Positions 56,536 to 64,000 of a stretch of 64,000 nt of DNA are shown in pieces. Below the pieces are notes generated by a model. It was not told where the DNA came from. It was given only the letters and a program-made list of their open reading frames with translations, and ran no database searches. The position numbers and the translations under genes were made by a program. Position 1 is the stretch's first letter. The number at the start of each line of letters is the position of its first letter. This DNA is from an uncultured Eubacteriales bacterium. Lineage in GTDB: Bacteria > Bacillota > Clostridia > Christensenellales > CAG-138. Location: positions 14,057 to 78,056 of the forward strand of contig ONNZ01000008.1 in assembly GCA_900319345.1 (NCBI GenBank), in the 5' to 3' direction.

Positions 56536-57807
56536 TTATTCCACAAAATCGAATTCCCATTCGCCAAGCTTTATGGTGTCCCCTTCCTTGGCGCCCGCCT
56601 CCCGAAGGGCGGCGATCATGCCGGTCTTGATGAGCATCTGCTGGAACCGGCGCATGCTGACCTCGTTGTTGGGGTCGGTGGAGTCGAGAAGCTTGTCCAC
56701 CTCCCCGCCGGAGAGCACGTAGGCCCCGTCGTCCCCCCGGGAGAGGGTGAACCCCTTCTCGTACCGGGGGCCCGTCTCCAGCTCCACCTCGGGGTAGGTG
56801 AGCACCGGCGGCAGCAGATCGAGGAACCGGATCACCGCGTCCAGCATCTCCTCGAACCCCTCCCCCGTGGCGGCGGACACCGGGTACACCGTGTACCCCT
56901 CCTCGTCGAGAGCCGCCCGGATGCTATCCAGGTTCGCCTGGGCTTCCGGCAGGTCCATCTTGTTGGCGGCCACCACCTGGGTGAGCTCGCCGAGAGCCGG
57001 GGAAAACTTGGTCAGCTCCTCGTTGATCTTATGGAAATCCTCCACCGGGTCCCGCCCCTCCATGCCGGAGGCATCGATCACGTGGACCAGGAGCCGAGTG
57101 CGCTCGATGTGCCGAAGGAAGTCGTGCCCAAGGCCCGCCCCCTCGGCGGCCCCCTCGATGAGCCCGGGGATGTCCGCCATGACGAAGCTCTTGCCCTTGT
57201 GTTCTGCCACGCCCAGGTTGGGGGTCAGGGTGGTGAAATGGTAGGCCGCGATCTTGGGCTTGGCGGCGGTGAGCACGGACAGGATGGAGCTCTTACCCAC
57301 GGAGGGCAGGCCGATGATGCCCACGTCGGCGATGGTCTTCAGCTCCAGCTCCATCTCCCGCTCCTCCGTCTTGACGCCGCTTTGGGCGAACTGAGGCGCC
57401 TGCTTGGTGGCGGTGGCGAAGCGGGCGTTGCCCTTGCCGCCCCGGCCGCCGCGAATGACCACCTTTTTGCGCTCCGGCTCGGACATGTCGGCCACGATGG
57501 CCCCGGTGGTGAGGTCCCGGACCACGGTGCCCACGGGCACGTGGATGACCATATCCTCCCCGTCCTTGCCCCGCTTCAGCTCGATCAGACCCTTGCCCCC
57601 GTTCTCCGCCCGGTAGAACCGCTGGAACCGGAAGGGCAAAAGGGTGTTGAGCCGGGGATCGGCGTAGAAGACGACGCTGCCGCCGTTGCCGCCGTCGCCG
57701 CCGGAGGGGCCGCCCTTCATGACGAATTTTTCCCGATGGAACGCGGCGCAGCCGTCGCCGCCGTTGCCCGCCTTCACCACGATGCGGACCTTATCCAAAA
57801 AATCCAT
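56536..57807 (-). CDS. obg: GTPase Obg/CgtA
   Basis: FLDKVRIVVKAGNGGDGCAAFHREKF plus G motifs (GLPSVGKS, DIPGLIEGA, NKMD) and a C-terminal OCT domain. Confidence 0.97.
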   Translation of the reverse strand: MDFLDKVRIVVKAGNGGDGCAAFHREKFVMKGGPSGGDGGNGGSVVFYADPRLNTLLPFRFQRFYRAENGGKGLIELKRGKDGEDMVIHVPVGTVVRDLTTGAIVADMSEPERKKVVIRGGRGGKGNARFATATKQAPQFAQSGVKTEEREMELELKTIADVGIIGLPSVGKSSILSVLTAAKPKIAAYHFTTLTPNLGVAEHKGKSFVMADIPGLIEGAAEGAGLGHDFLRHIERTRLLVHVIDASGMEGRDPVEDFHKINEELTKFSPALGELTQVVAANKMDLPEAQANLDSIRAALDEEGYTVYPVSAATGEGFEEMLDAVIRFLDLLPPVLTYPEVELETGPRYEKGFTLSRGDDGAYVLSGGEVDKLLDSTDPNNEVSMRRFQQMLIKTGMIAALREAGAKEGDTIKLGEWEFDFVE

Positions 57808-58449
57808 TCAGCTATCCTTTCGCGTATAGAAATCGCACACTTGGTTCAACGCGCATTCCGCGCACTTGGGCCGCTGGGCGGCGCAGACCCGGCGCCCGTG
57901 GAAGATGATCCAGTGGTGGGCGTCGGTCCAGTCCTGCTCCGGGATGTGCTCCATGAGCTGCAGCTCGGTCTTCTCCACGGTCTTGGCGTCCGCGAGGCCG
58001 ATCCGGTTGCTGACCCGGAACACGTGGGTGTCCACGGCGATGGCCGGGATATGGAAGGCGTTGCTCACTACCACGTTGGCGGTCTTGCGGCCCACGCCGG
58101 GGAGCTCCGTGAGCACGTCCCGATCCGCGGGCACCTCCCCGCCGTACTTCTCCACCAGGATGCGGGAGGTCTCCAATATGTGCTTCCCCTTCATGCGGAA
58201 GAAGCCGCAGGAGTGGATCAGCTCCATGAGCCGGTCCTCGTCGAGGGCCATCATCTGCTCCGGGGTGTTGGCCACCCGGAAGAGCTCCGCCGTCACCTTG
58301 TTCACCTGCTTGTCCGTGCACTGGGCCGAGAGCATCACCGCCACCAGCAGCTCGTAGGGGCTGGTGAAGTGCAGCTCCGGCCTGGGGTTCGGGTACAGCT
58401 CCGACAATATCCGCAGGGCTTCCGCCCGCTTTTCTTCCGATAACAGCAT
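57808..58449 (-). CDS. nth: endonuclease III
   Basis: HhH-GPD motif LPGVGRKTANVV and the 4Fe-4S ligands CxxxxxxCxxCxxxxxC at the C-terminus. Confidence 0.95.
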   Translation of the reverse strand: MLLSEEKRAEALRILSELYPNPRPELHFTSPYELLVAVMLSAQCTDKQVNKVTAELFRVANTPEQMMALDEDRLMELIHSCGFFRMKGKHILETSRILVEKYGGEVPADRDVLTELPGVGRKTANVVVSNAFHIPAIAVDTHVFRVSNRIGLADAKTVEKTELQLMEHIPEQDWTDAHHWIIFHGRRVCAAQRPKCAECALNQVCDFYTRKDS

Positions 58450-59366
58450 TATTTCATCCCCACATATTCGATAGCTTTGGTGGCTGCCACGGCCCCGTCG
58501 GCGCAGGCGGTGACCACCTGGCGGAGGGGCGTGTCGCGGACGTCCCCCGCGGCGAAGACGCCGGGGACGGAGGTCTGCATAAACTTGTCCGTCACGATGA
58601 AGCCGCCCTCATTGAGCTCGACCTGGCCCTGTACCAGCTCCGTCCGAGGGAGGATCCCCACGGCCACGAACAGGCCGCTGACGTCCAAGGTCCGCCGCTC
58701 CTTCGTGAACTTGTTCTCCACGACGACGGCAGAGAGCCGGTCTTCGCCCACCAGGCCCGCCACGGTGGAATCCAGCACCAGCTCCACGTTCTCGGCCCGC
58801 TTCACCCGGTCCACCAACGTGGCCGCCGCTCTAAACTGGTCCCGGCGATGGATCAAATAGACCTTGCGGCAGATGCCCGAGAGATACAGGGCGTCGGACA
58901 CGGCGGTGTCGCCGCCGCCCACGATGGCTACGTCCTTGCCCCGATAGAAATTGCCGTCGCAGGTGGCGCAATAGCTGACGCCCGCGCCCACGAACCGATC
59001 TTCCGCCGGGTGGCCCAGCTTCCGGGGCCCCGCGCCCATGCAAAGGATCACGGCGTCGGCTGCGTATCCTTCACCGTTGACGGTGAAGGTTTTTTCCTTT
59101 TCCGTGAGCTTCAAATCGCTGACGGACCCGTAGACCACGGGGAGATCGAACTCCGCCGCGTGCTTTTCGAGGGCCGCCGCCAGGGCGTACCCGTCGGGGC
59201 CGCCGGTGAGGCCGGGGTAGTTCTCCACCCGGTGGGTCTTCACGATCTGGCCCCCGGGGAACATCTCCTCGAACAGATTCACGCTGGCTCCGCCCCGGGC
59301 GGCATAGATGCCCGCCGCCAGGCCCGCGGGGCCGCCGCCGATGATGGCGATGCCCAGTTTTTCCAC
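58449..59366 (-). CDS. trxB: thioredoxin-disulfide reductase
   Basis: GGGPAG FAD motif, redox-active CATCDG, GGGDTA NADPH motif. Confidence 0.95.
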   Translation of the reverse strand: MEKLGIAIIGGGPAGLAAGIYAARGGASVNLFEEMFPGGQIVKTHRVENYPGLTGGPDGYALAAALEKHAAEFDLPVVYGSVSDLKLTEKEKTFTVNGEGYAADAVILCMGAGPRKLGHPAEDRFVGAGVSYCATCDGNFYRGKDVAIVGGGDTAVSDALYLSGICRKVYLIHRRDQFRAAATLVDRVKRAENVELVLDSTVAGLVGEDRLSAVVVENKFTKERRTLDVSGLFVAVGILPRTELVQGQVELNEGGFIVTDKFMQTSVPGVFAAGDVRDTPLRQVVTACADGAVAATKAIEYVGMK

Positions 59367-59418
59367 GTCGCGCCTTCCTTTCCGGCCTCCAAAGGGCCAG
59401 TCTTAAAATATAAGTATA

Positions 59419-60516
59419 CTATTCCTCTGCCCCGCCGTCAATGAAGAAAAAGGGCCGGGCGAAGACTTCGAAGTCCTTCTGCATGCGGACCAGCCTTCGC
59501 TCCGTGAAGGACCAGCAGCAGCGGCCCACCAGCCGGGTGAGCTGACAGCCGTAGGCGCCGCCCGCCCATTCCACCACCCGGCCGGCCCCGGCGTAGAGGC
59601 CGATATGGCCGTCGAAGCCCACCAGGTCCCCGGGGCGCAGCTCCTCCCGCTGGATGGGCCGGGACAGGGGCTCCTTCAAAAGCCGGTTGGCGATGGCATC
59701 GAACCTGCCGTCCACCAGATCGAACTTCCGCCACAGGCCCACGATAGCCCCGGAGCAGTCCGCCCCGGACAGCCGATCCCCCAGGCTGGCCGCGTTCTGC
59801 AGGGCGGAGAGCATCATCTCCCGGCGGCCGCCGGTGAAGAAGGCGGGCTTGCGGGCGGCCAGCAGCTCGATGGCCGCGGAGGTGGGGCAATGGAGGGTCT
59901 TGTCCGGATCGTACAGATTGGCGCCCCACACGTAGAGGCTCTTGGGGAAGGCCGCCGCCTCGGTCCCGTGGGGGTCGAAGGCGAAGGGCAGAGCCGCCTC
60001 CACCAGCTGCCGCCGCAGGGGCGACACATGGTTGATGGCCGCCGCCACTGCCTTTTGAGCGTCCTCCCCCACCCCCGCCTCGGGGTCGATCCAGGGGGCG
60101 TTGGGCTTGGGCGCGGCCCGACCCGTAAGGCACTTGATGAGGTACAGGGCGTCCTTCACGTCCACCTTCCCGCTGCCGTCGGCGTCCAACGCCACGGTGG
60201 GCGCGGCCTTGCCGGTGAACAGGCTCTGTAATACGATGCCCACGTCCTTTATGGTCAGCTGCCCGTCCCCGTCCGCGTCGCCGTAGAAGGCTTCCCCCGG
60301 GTCGTTGCAAACCAGCAGGCTCAGCAGGCTTCGGGTGCGGCTGTCGCCTTCCCCCGTGGGGTCCAATCCCCGGTCCGTCTGCAGGGCGAACAGGCCCCGG
60401 GCGGTCGATTGGGTGAACCTGTCCCCCGTCCCTGCCTCGTAGCCCAGGGTCCTCAATCCCTCGTTCAGCTCCCGGACCGCCCGGCCCCGATCGCCGGTGG
60501 TCAGCGTCTCCCGCAT
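59419..60516 (-). CDS. NlpC/P60 (C40) peptidase with PG-binding and dockerin-like modules
   Basis: PG_binding_1-like N-terminus (GDRGRAVRELNEGLRTLGY). DADGDGQLTIKDVGIVLQ and DADGSGKVDVKDALYLIK EF-hand-like pairs. C-terminal GADCSGAIVGLW ... GHIGLYAG catalytic Cys/His. Confidence 0.8.
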   Translation of the reverse strand: MRETLTTGDRGRAVRELNEGLRTLGYEAGTGDRFTQSTARGLFALQTDRGLDPTGEGDSRTRSLLSLLVCNDPGEAFYGDADGDGQLTIKDVGIVLQSLFTGKAAPTVALDADGSGKVDVKDALYLIKCLTGRAAPKPNAPWIDPEAGVGEDAQKAVAAAINHVSPLRRQLVEAALPFAFDPHGTEAAAFPKSLYVWGANLYDPDKTLHCPTSAAIELLAARKPAFFTGGRREMMLSALQNAASLGDRLSGADCSGAIVGLWRKFDLVDGRFDAIANRLLKEPLSRPIQREELRPGDLVGFDGHIGLYAGAGRVVEWAGGAYGCQLTRLVGRCCWSFTERRLVRMQKDFEVFARPFFFIDGGAEE

Positions 60517-60557
60517 GCTTCCGTCCTCCTTGTGTCCAGTAAATATTAGTATACCAT

Positions 60558-60585
60558 AAAAAAGGACCGCCGAAAAGGGCGATCC
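60558..60585 (-). terminator. intrinsic terminator
   Basis: Minus strand reads GGATCGCC-cttttc-GGCGGTCC followed by TTTTTTA. Confidence 0.8.
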
Positions 60586-60603
60586 AAAAGGCTGTTGTTT
60601 CTC

Positions 60604-61350
60604 TTAGATCTCTGTAGGCTTCTTTTTGGCCAGCCACCCCCGGAAGATGCCGCCCCCAATAAGGGAGACGATGATAAAGAAGATGTCCGCGAACAGGATG
60701 AAGATAAACGAGGGGACCAGGATGCGGGTGTACTTCTTCCCGGCGCAGCCGCCCCTGCGGATAAAATGGCCCATACGGATAAGGTACGCCAGCAGGCCCG
60801 CGTTGAAGAACAGCAGGCACAGGGCGTTCTCACCGAAGCTCAAAAAGGCGCCCTTGGGGAAGAAGTCCCCCTTCTGGATGACGCTCAGCAGGATGTTCAG
60901 CAGCAAGAGGCCGATCTGCACCTCGAACACGATCCGGGTCACGTTCAGCATGACGCCGCCGCCGATGCCCACGCCGCCGCCCCAGACGAGGCCCGCCCGG
61001 GCGCAGAAGTTCTCGAACTGCTGCATCAGGGGCTCGTTCTGCTTCCCCTCGATGAAGCCGTTGTTGGCGATGCAGTAGACGGCAAGGTGCAGCTCCTTCT
61101 CCCGGCAGTAGGTCTCCATCCTCTCCAGGAACCGGAGCACGTGGGAGGGGATGCCGTCCACGTACAGGGGCAGGGCGAAGACCACCGCCTGGGCGTCGTC
61201 CAGCTCCTTCAGGATGGGCTCGTGATCCGCGGGGGTGCGGAGCTTCAGGGTGACCTTCTTCCCGCCCACGAACAGCCGCTGCAGGAAGAGGAAGTAGGCC
61301 GAGGCGCAGAAGCGTTTCTTGGGGCTGCCGTTGACGAATACGGTCTTCAT
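60604..61350 (-). CDS. flavodoxin-like (NAD(P)H-dependent FMN reductase-like) domain fused to a C-terminal multi-TM region
   Basis: ATG 61350 gives MKTVFVNGSPKKR... (NGSP FMN-phosphate loop) and then ALPLYVDGIP. The C-terminal half has 3-4 hydrophobic helices. ATGA overlap with the upstream gene. Confidence 0.7.
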   Translation of the reverse strand: MKTVFVNGSPKKRFCASAYFLFLQRLFVGGKKVTLKLRTPADHEPILKELDDAQAVVFALPLYVDGIPSHVLRFLERMETYCREKELHLAVYCIANNGFIEGKQNEPLMQQFENFCARAGLVWGGGVGIGGGVMLNVTRIVFEVQIGLLLLNILLSVIQKGDFFPKGAFLSFGENALCLLFFNAGLLAYLIRMGHFIRRGGCAGKKYTRILVPSFIFILFADIFFIIVSLIGGGIFRGWLAKKKPTEI

Positions 61351-61835
61351 AGCTGCGCCTCCAATTCGGAAAGGTCCTTCAAAAACACCACTTCGCTCCG
61401 GGCGAAGCCCTCGTTGACGGCGTTGCGCTCCGCGAGGTACCGGAAGGACGCCTGCTCCGCCTCGGTGGCATCGCCGTAGACGATCACCTTCCACAGATCG
61501 TGCTTGCCGTAGCGCAGGGTGTGGTGCATCTGCCGGCCCCGGTAGGTGCTGAAAGGGGTGGAGGTGCCGATGGACCGATCCAGCACATTCTTCACGGGGG
61601 CACTGTACCCGCCGTACAAGTTTTTGGTGACCACGGTCACCTCGTCCGCCTGGCCCAGGATGCGGCAGGCCTCCTGGAGCTTGTCCTTCATGAAGCAGGT
61701 GGCCGGATGTTTGGTCCAACAGCCGAAGCAGCCCTGGCAGGGGGCGTATCTCCCGTCCGCCACCAGCGCCTGGTCGCACTTCGACGAGACGAGCTCGGCG
61801 CAGCTCTCAGGTAGATCGTGCAGGACCAGTTTCAT
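61347..61835 (-). CDS. Cys-rich flavodoxin-family-like protein
   Basis: ATG 61835 lies 6 nt after AAGGAGGG. A compact CQGCFGCWTKHPATC cluster resembles the CxxCxxCx(n)C motif of iron-sulfur flavoproteins. The NGSPR loop is absent. Confidence 0.6.
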   Translation of the reverse strand: MKLVLHDLPESCAELVSSKCDQALVADGRYAPCQGCFGCWTKHPATCFMKDKLQEACRILGQADEVTVVTKNLYGGYSAPVKNVLDRSIGTSTPFSTYRGRQMHHTLRYGKHDLWKVIVYGDATEAEQASFRYLAERNAVNEGFARSEVVFLKDLSELEAQL

Positions 61836-61947
61836 ATGCATCCCTCCTTGGGACAGGAGCCCCTGCTCCCGCCCGTTTTTCAGCGTATGGAGATATGATA
61901 CCGCCCCGGGGAACGGATGTCAATCGAATGTCGATCCCAGTCGGTTA

Positions 61948-61976
61948 TTGCAATTTGCGGCGGCCCGTGATAGGAT
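61948..61976 (+). promoter_or_regulatory. candidate promoter giving a leaderless eamA-like mRNA
   Basis: TTGCAA (61948-61953), 17-nt spacer, TAGGAT (61971-61976). ATG 61984 begins 7 nt after the -10 and there is no SD sequence. Confidence 0.45.
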
Positions 61977-61983
61977 ACTGCCC

Positions 61984-62871
61984 ATGAAACGAACCAAGTA
62001 CACCCTGATCCTGTTGGGCTGCTCCGTGATCTGGGGCAGCGCCTTCGTGGCCCAGTCCGCCGCTATGAAGCTGGGGATGCTGCCCTACGCCTTTACCGCC
62101 GTGCGGATGCTGGTGGGCGCGGTGTGCCTCATGCCCTTCATCTATCTGCGGCGGAAGACCGCCCTCCCCGCCACCCGGGCGGGCCGGATACGGCTGGTCA
62201 AGAGCGGGGTCCTCATCGGCGTCACCGTGGCGGTGGCCTCCTGCCTCCAGCAGGTGGGGCTCCAGTACACCACCGCCGGCAAGGGCGCCTTCCTCACCGC
62301 CCTCTATATCCTGCTGGTGCCCATCGTGGGGGCCGCCTTCTTCCATCGGAGGACGGGGGTCTGGACCTGGCTGTGCCTCATCATCGGGGCCGTGGGGCTG
62401 TGGTTTCTGTCCATCACGGAGGCCTTCACCCTGGAGAAGGGGGACGCCCTCATGATCCTGTGCGCCCTGGTGTTCACCCTGCAGATCCTGCTGGTGGACA
62501 AATTCGCCCCGGACTTCGACGCCCTGACCCTGTGCTGCCTGGAGTTTTTGACGGCGGGGCTCTTGAGCTTTCTGCCCATGGCCGCCGTGGAGGGGTTCGA
62601 CTTTCAAAACCTGGTGCCGGCCCTGGGCTGCATCCTCTACTGCGGCATCTTCTCCTGCGGCATCGCCTACTGGCTCCAGATCGTGGGCCAGCGGCATTTG
62701 CCCCCGGCCCTCGCCTCCCTCATCATGAGCTTCGAGAGCGTGTTCGGGGCCCTGTTCGGCGCCCTGCTCCTCCACGAGCGCATGACGCCCCGGGAGCTTT
62801 TGGGCTGCGGGCTCATCTTCCTGGCCCTGGTGCTGTCCCAGGTGGTCCCAAACACGAAGAAGGATCGATAG
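61984..62871 (+). CDS. DMT superfamily (EamA-type) transporter
   Basis: 10 TM helices with two EamA repeats (SAFVAQ...; LIMSFESVFGALFGALLL). The track ORF has a 146-aa extension antisense to the flavodoxin genes. Confidence 0.88.
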   Translation: MKRTKYTLILLGCSVIWGSAFVAQSAAMKLGMLPYAFTAVRMLVGAVCLMPFIYLRRKTALPATRAGRIRLVKSGVLIGVTVAVASCLQQVGLQYTTAGKGAFLTALYILLVPIVGAAFFHRRTGVWTWLCLIIGAVGLWFLSITEAFTLEKGDALMILCALVFTLQILLVDKFAPDFDALTLCCLEFLTAGLLSFLPMAAVEGFDFQNLVPALGCILYCGIFSCGIAYWLQIVGQRHLPPALASLIMSFESVFGALFGALLLHERMTPRELLGCGLIFLALVLSQVVPNTKKDR

Positions 62872-62930
62872 CTTCGCCTCTGGATCATTCGGATATGCGG
62901 CCCTTGCTGCCTTCCTGATCCTCCCCCGTA

Positions 62931-62985
62931 TGCTTTTCTTTTCTCGATTCCTTTTTCTGTTCGCCGAAAAGAAAAAGGAACATCA
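62931..62985. repeat. AG/CT-rich hairpin repeat family, solo copy E
   Basis: tgcttttcttttctcga flank plus hairpin 62948-62980 (ttcctttttct-gttcgccgaaa-agaaaaaggaa), 18 nt before ATG 62998. Confidence 0.6.
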
Positions 62986-62997
62986 AAGGAGACTTCC

Positions 62998-64000
62998 ATG
63001 AAAAAGATCCTATCGTTCCTGAAAAAAGAGCCCATGCTGGCCGTGTCGCTGCTGGCGGCGGCGGTGGCGCTCGTCATCACCCCGCCTTCGAAGCGGCTCC
63101 TGGCCGACATCGACTGGCGCACGCTGGGCACGCTCCTTATGATGCTGTGCGTGTTGGAGGGCTTTAAGCGGGAGAACGTGCTCAGGCCCCTGGTGGCCCT
63201 GGCGTCCAGTCTGAAGCGGATGACGCTCCTTTCCCTCTTTTTGATCTTCGGCGTGTTCTTCTCCTCCATGTTCGTCACCAACGACGTGTCCCTCATCATC
63301 TTCGTGCCAGTGACCATCCAGCTCTTTCGAGCGGGCGGCAAGGAGCGGTACCTCCTGCCCGTCATCACCATGGAAAACATCGCCGCTGTTCGCGGATCCC
63401 TCCTGACCCCCTTCGGCAGCCCTCAAAACCTGTTCCTCTATAGCCGGTCCGGGGTCAGCGCCGGCCAGTTCATGCTCCACATGCTGCCGTTAGCCGCCAT
63501 GTCCGCGGCGCTGCTCATCGTCTTCGTCCTGACCCTGTACCGAAAGGCTCCCCGGGAGGAGATCGGCGCTGGGAACGCCCTTCCGCCTTGGAAACACGAG
63601 GGACGGACCCGCCGGATCGTGTACCTTGCCCTATTCCTGCTGATCATCGTCGTCATCGTCACCCGTACCGGTCTATGGCCCTTGGCGGTGCTGGCGGTGC
63701 TGCTGGGTATCCTGGCGGTAGATCGAAAGCTCCTCTTCGAGGTGGACTACGTTCTGCTGCTCACCTTCCTGTGCTTCTTCGTGTTCTCTTCCTCTATCGC
63801 CGCCAATGAGCGCATCGCCGGATTCCTGCAACGGGCGGTGGCGCAGCACGAATACTGGTGGGCCATCGGGCTGAGTCAGATCATCTCCAACGTGCCCGCC
63901 ACCATCGTCCTGTACCCCTTCACGGAAAACTTCGCGGGCCTCATATACGGGGCGGACACCGCGGGTCTCTGTTCCCTCATCGGCTCCCTGGCCTCCGTCA
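62998..64000 (+). CDS. ArsB/NhaD-superfamily (citrate transporter-like) anion permease, 5' part (runs off right edge)
   Basis: Absent from the ORF track because it is open at the edge. My translation from ATG 62998 (AAAGGAGA upstream) reads MKKILSFLKKEPMLAVSLLAAAVALVI...NDVSLIIFVPVT...GSPQNLFLY. It is polytopic. Confidence 0.75.
   Translation, partial: MKKILSFLKKEPMLAVSLLAAAVALVITPPSKRLLADIDWRTLGTLLMMLCVLEGFKRENVLRPLVALASSLKRMTLLSLFLIFGVFFSSMFVTNDVSLIIFVPVTIQLFRAGGKERYLLPVITMENIAAVRGSLLTPFGSPQNLFLYSRSGVSAGQFMLHMLPLAAMSAALLIVFVLTLYRKAPREEIGAGNALPPWKHEGRTRRIVYLALFLLIIVVIVTRTGLWPLAVLAVLLGILAVDRKLLFEVDYVLLLTFLCFFVFSSSIAANERIAGFLQRAVAQHEYWWAIGLSQIISNVPATIVLYPFTENFAGLIYGADTAGLCSLIGSLASV

Overview
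GC-rich chromosomal window (G/C-dominated third codon positions) in which about 90% of genes lie on the minus strand. Gene content fits a strictly anaerobic, spore-forming, high-GC Clostridia lineage, possibly Oscillospirales; that assignment is inference only. The backbone is housekeeping: DUF1385-prmC-prfA-tsaC, recF-gyrB-gyrA, a disrupted typA/bipA, cdaA-cdaR, and trxB-nth-obg-yhbY. There is also pssA-psd, a rubredoxin/desulfoferrodoxin/rubrerythrin/flavodiiron oxygen-detoxification operon, a CIRCE-controlled hsp20, mscL, a purine permease, an OmpR/HK pair and an ABC exporter. I saw no rRNA, tRNA, CRISPR array, IS element or prophage. Six things stand out. (1) A CotH kinase / VTC polyphosphate-polymerase domain / DUF4956 membrane protein operon at 34.0-38.6 kb. 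(2) A family of AG/CT-rich nested-hairpin intergenic repeats, five copies, usually abutting stop codons. (3) A TIR-domain single-pass membrane protein truncated by the left edge. (4) typA carrying an out-of-frame internal deletion of roughly 80 nt that removes the DTPGH G3 motif. (5) Several surface enzymes with Pro/Thr-rich linkers, two of which carry dockerin-like modules. (6) A hairpin-dense 296-nt recF-gyrB spacer. Most long plus-strand ORFs in the supplied track are antisense artefacts of the high GC content. Many minus-strand ORFs have spurious N-terminal extensions; I trimmed these to starts that have Shine-Dalgarno support.
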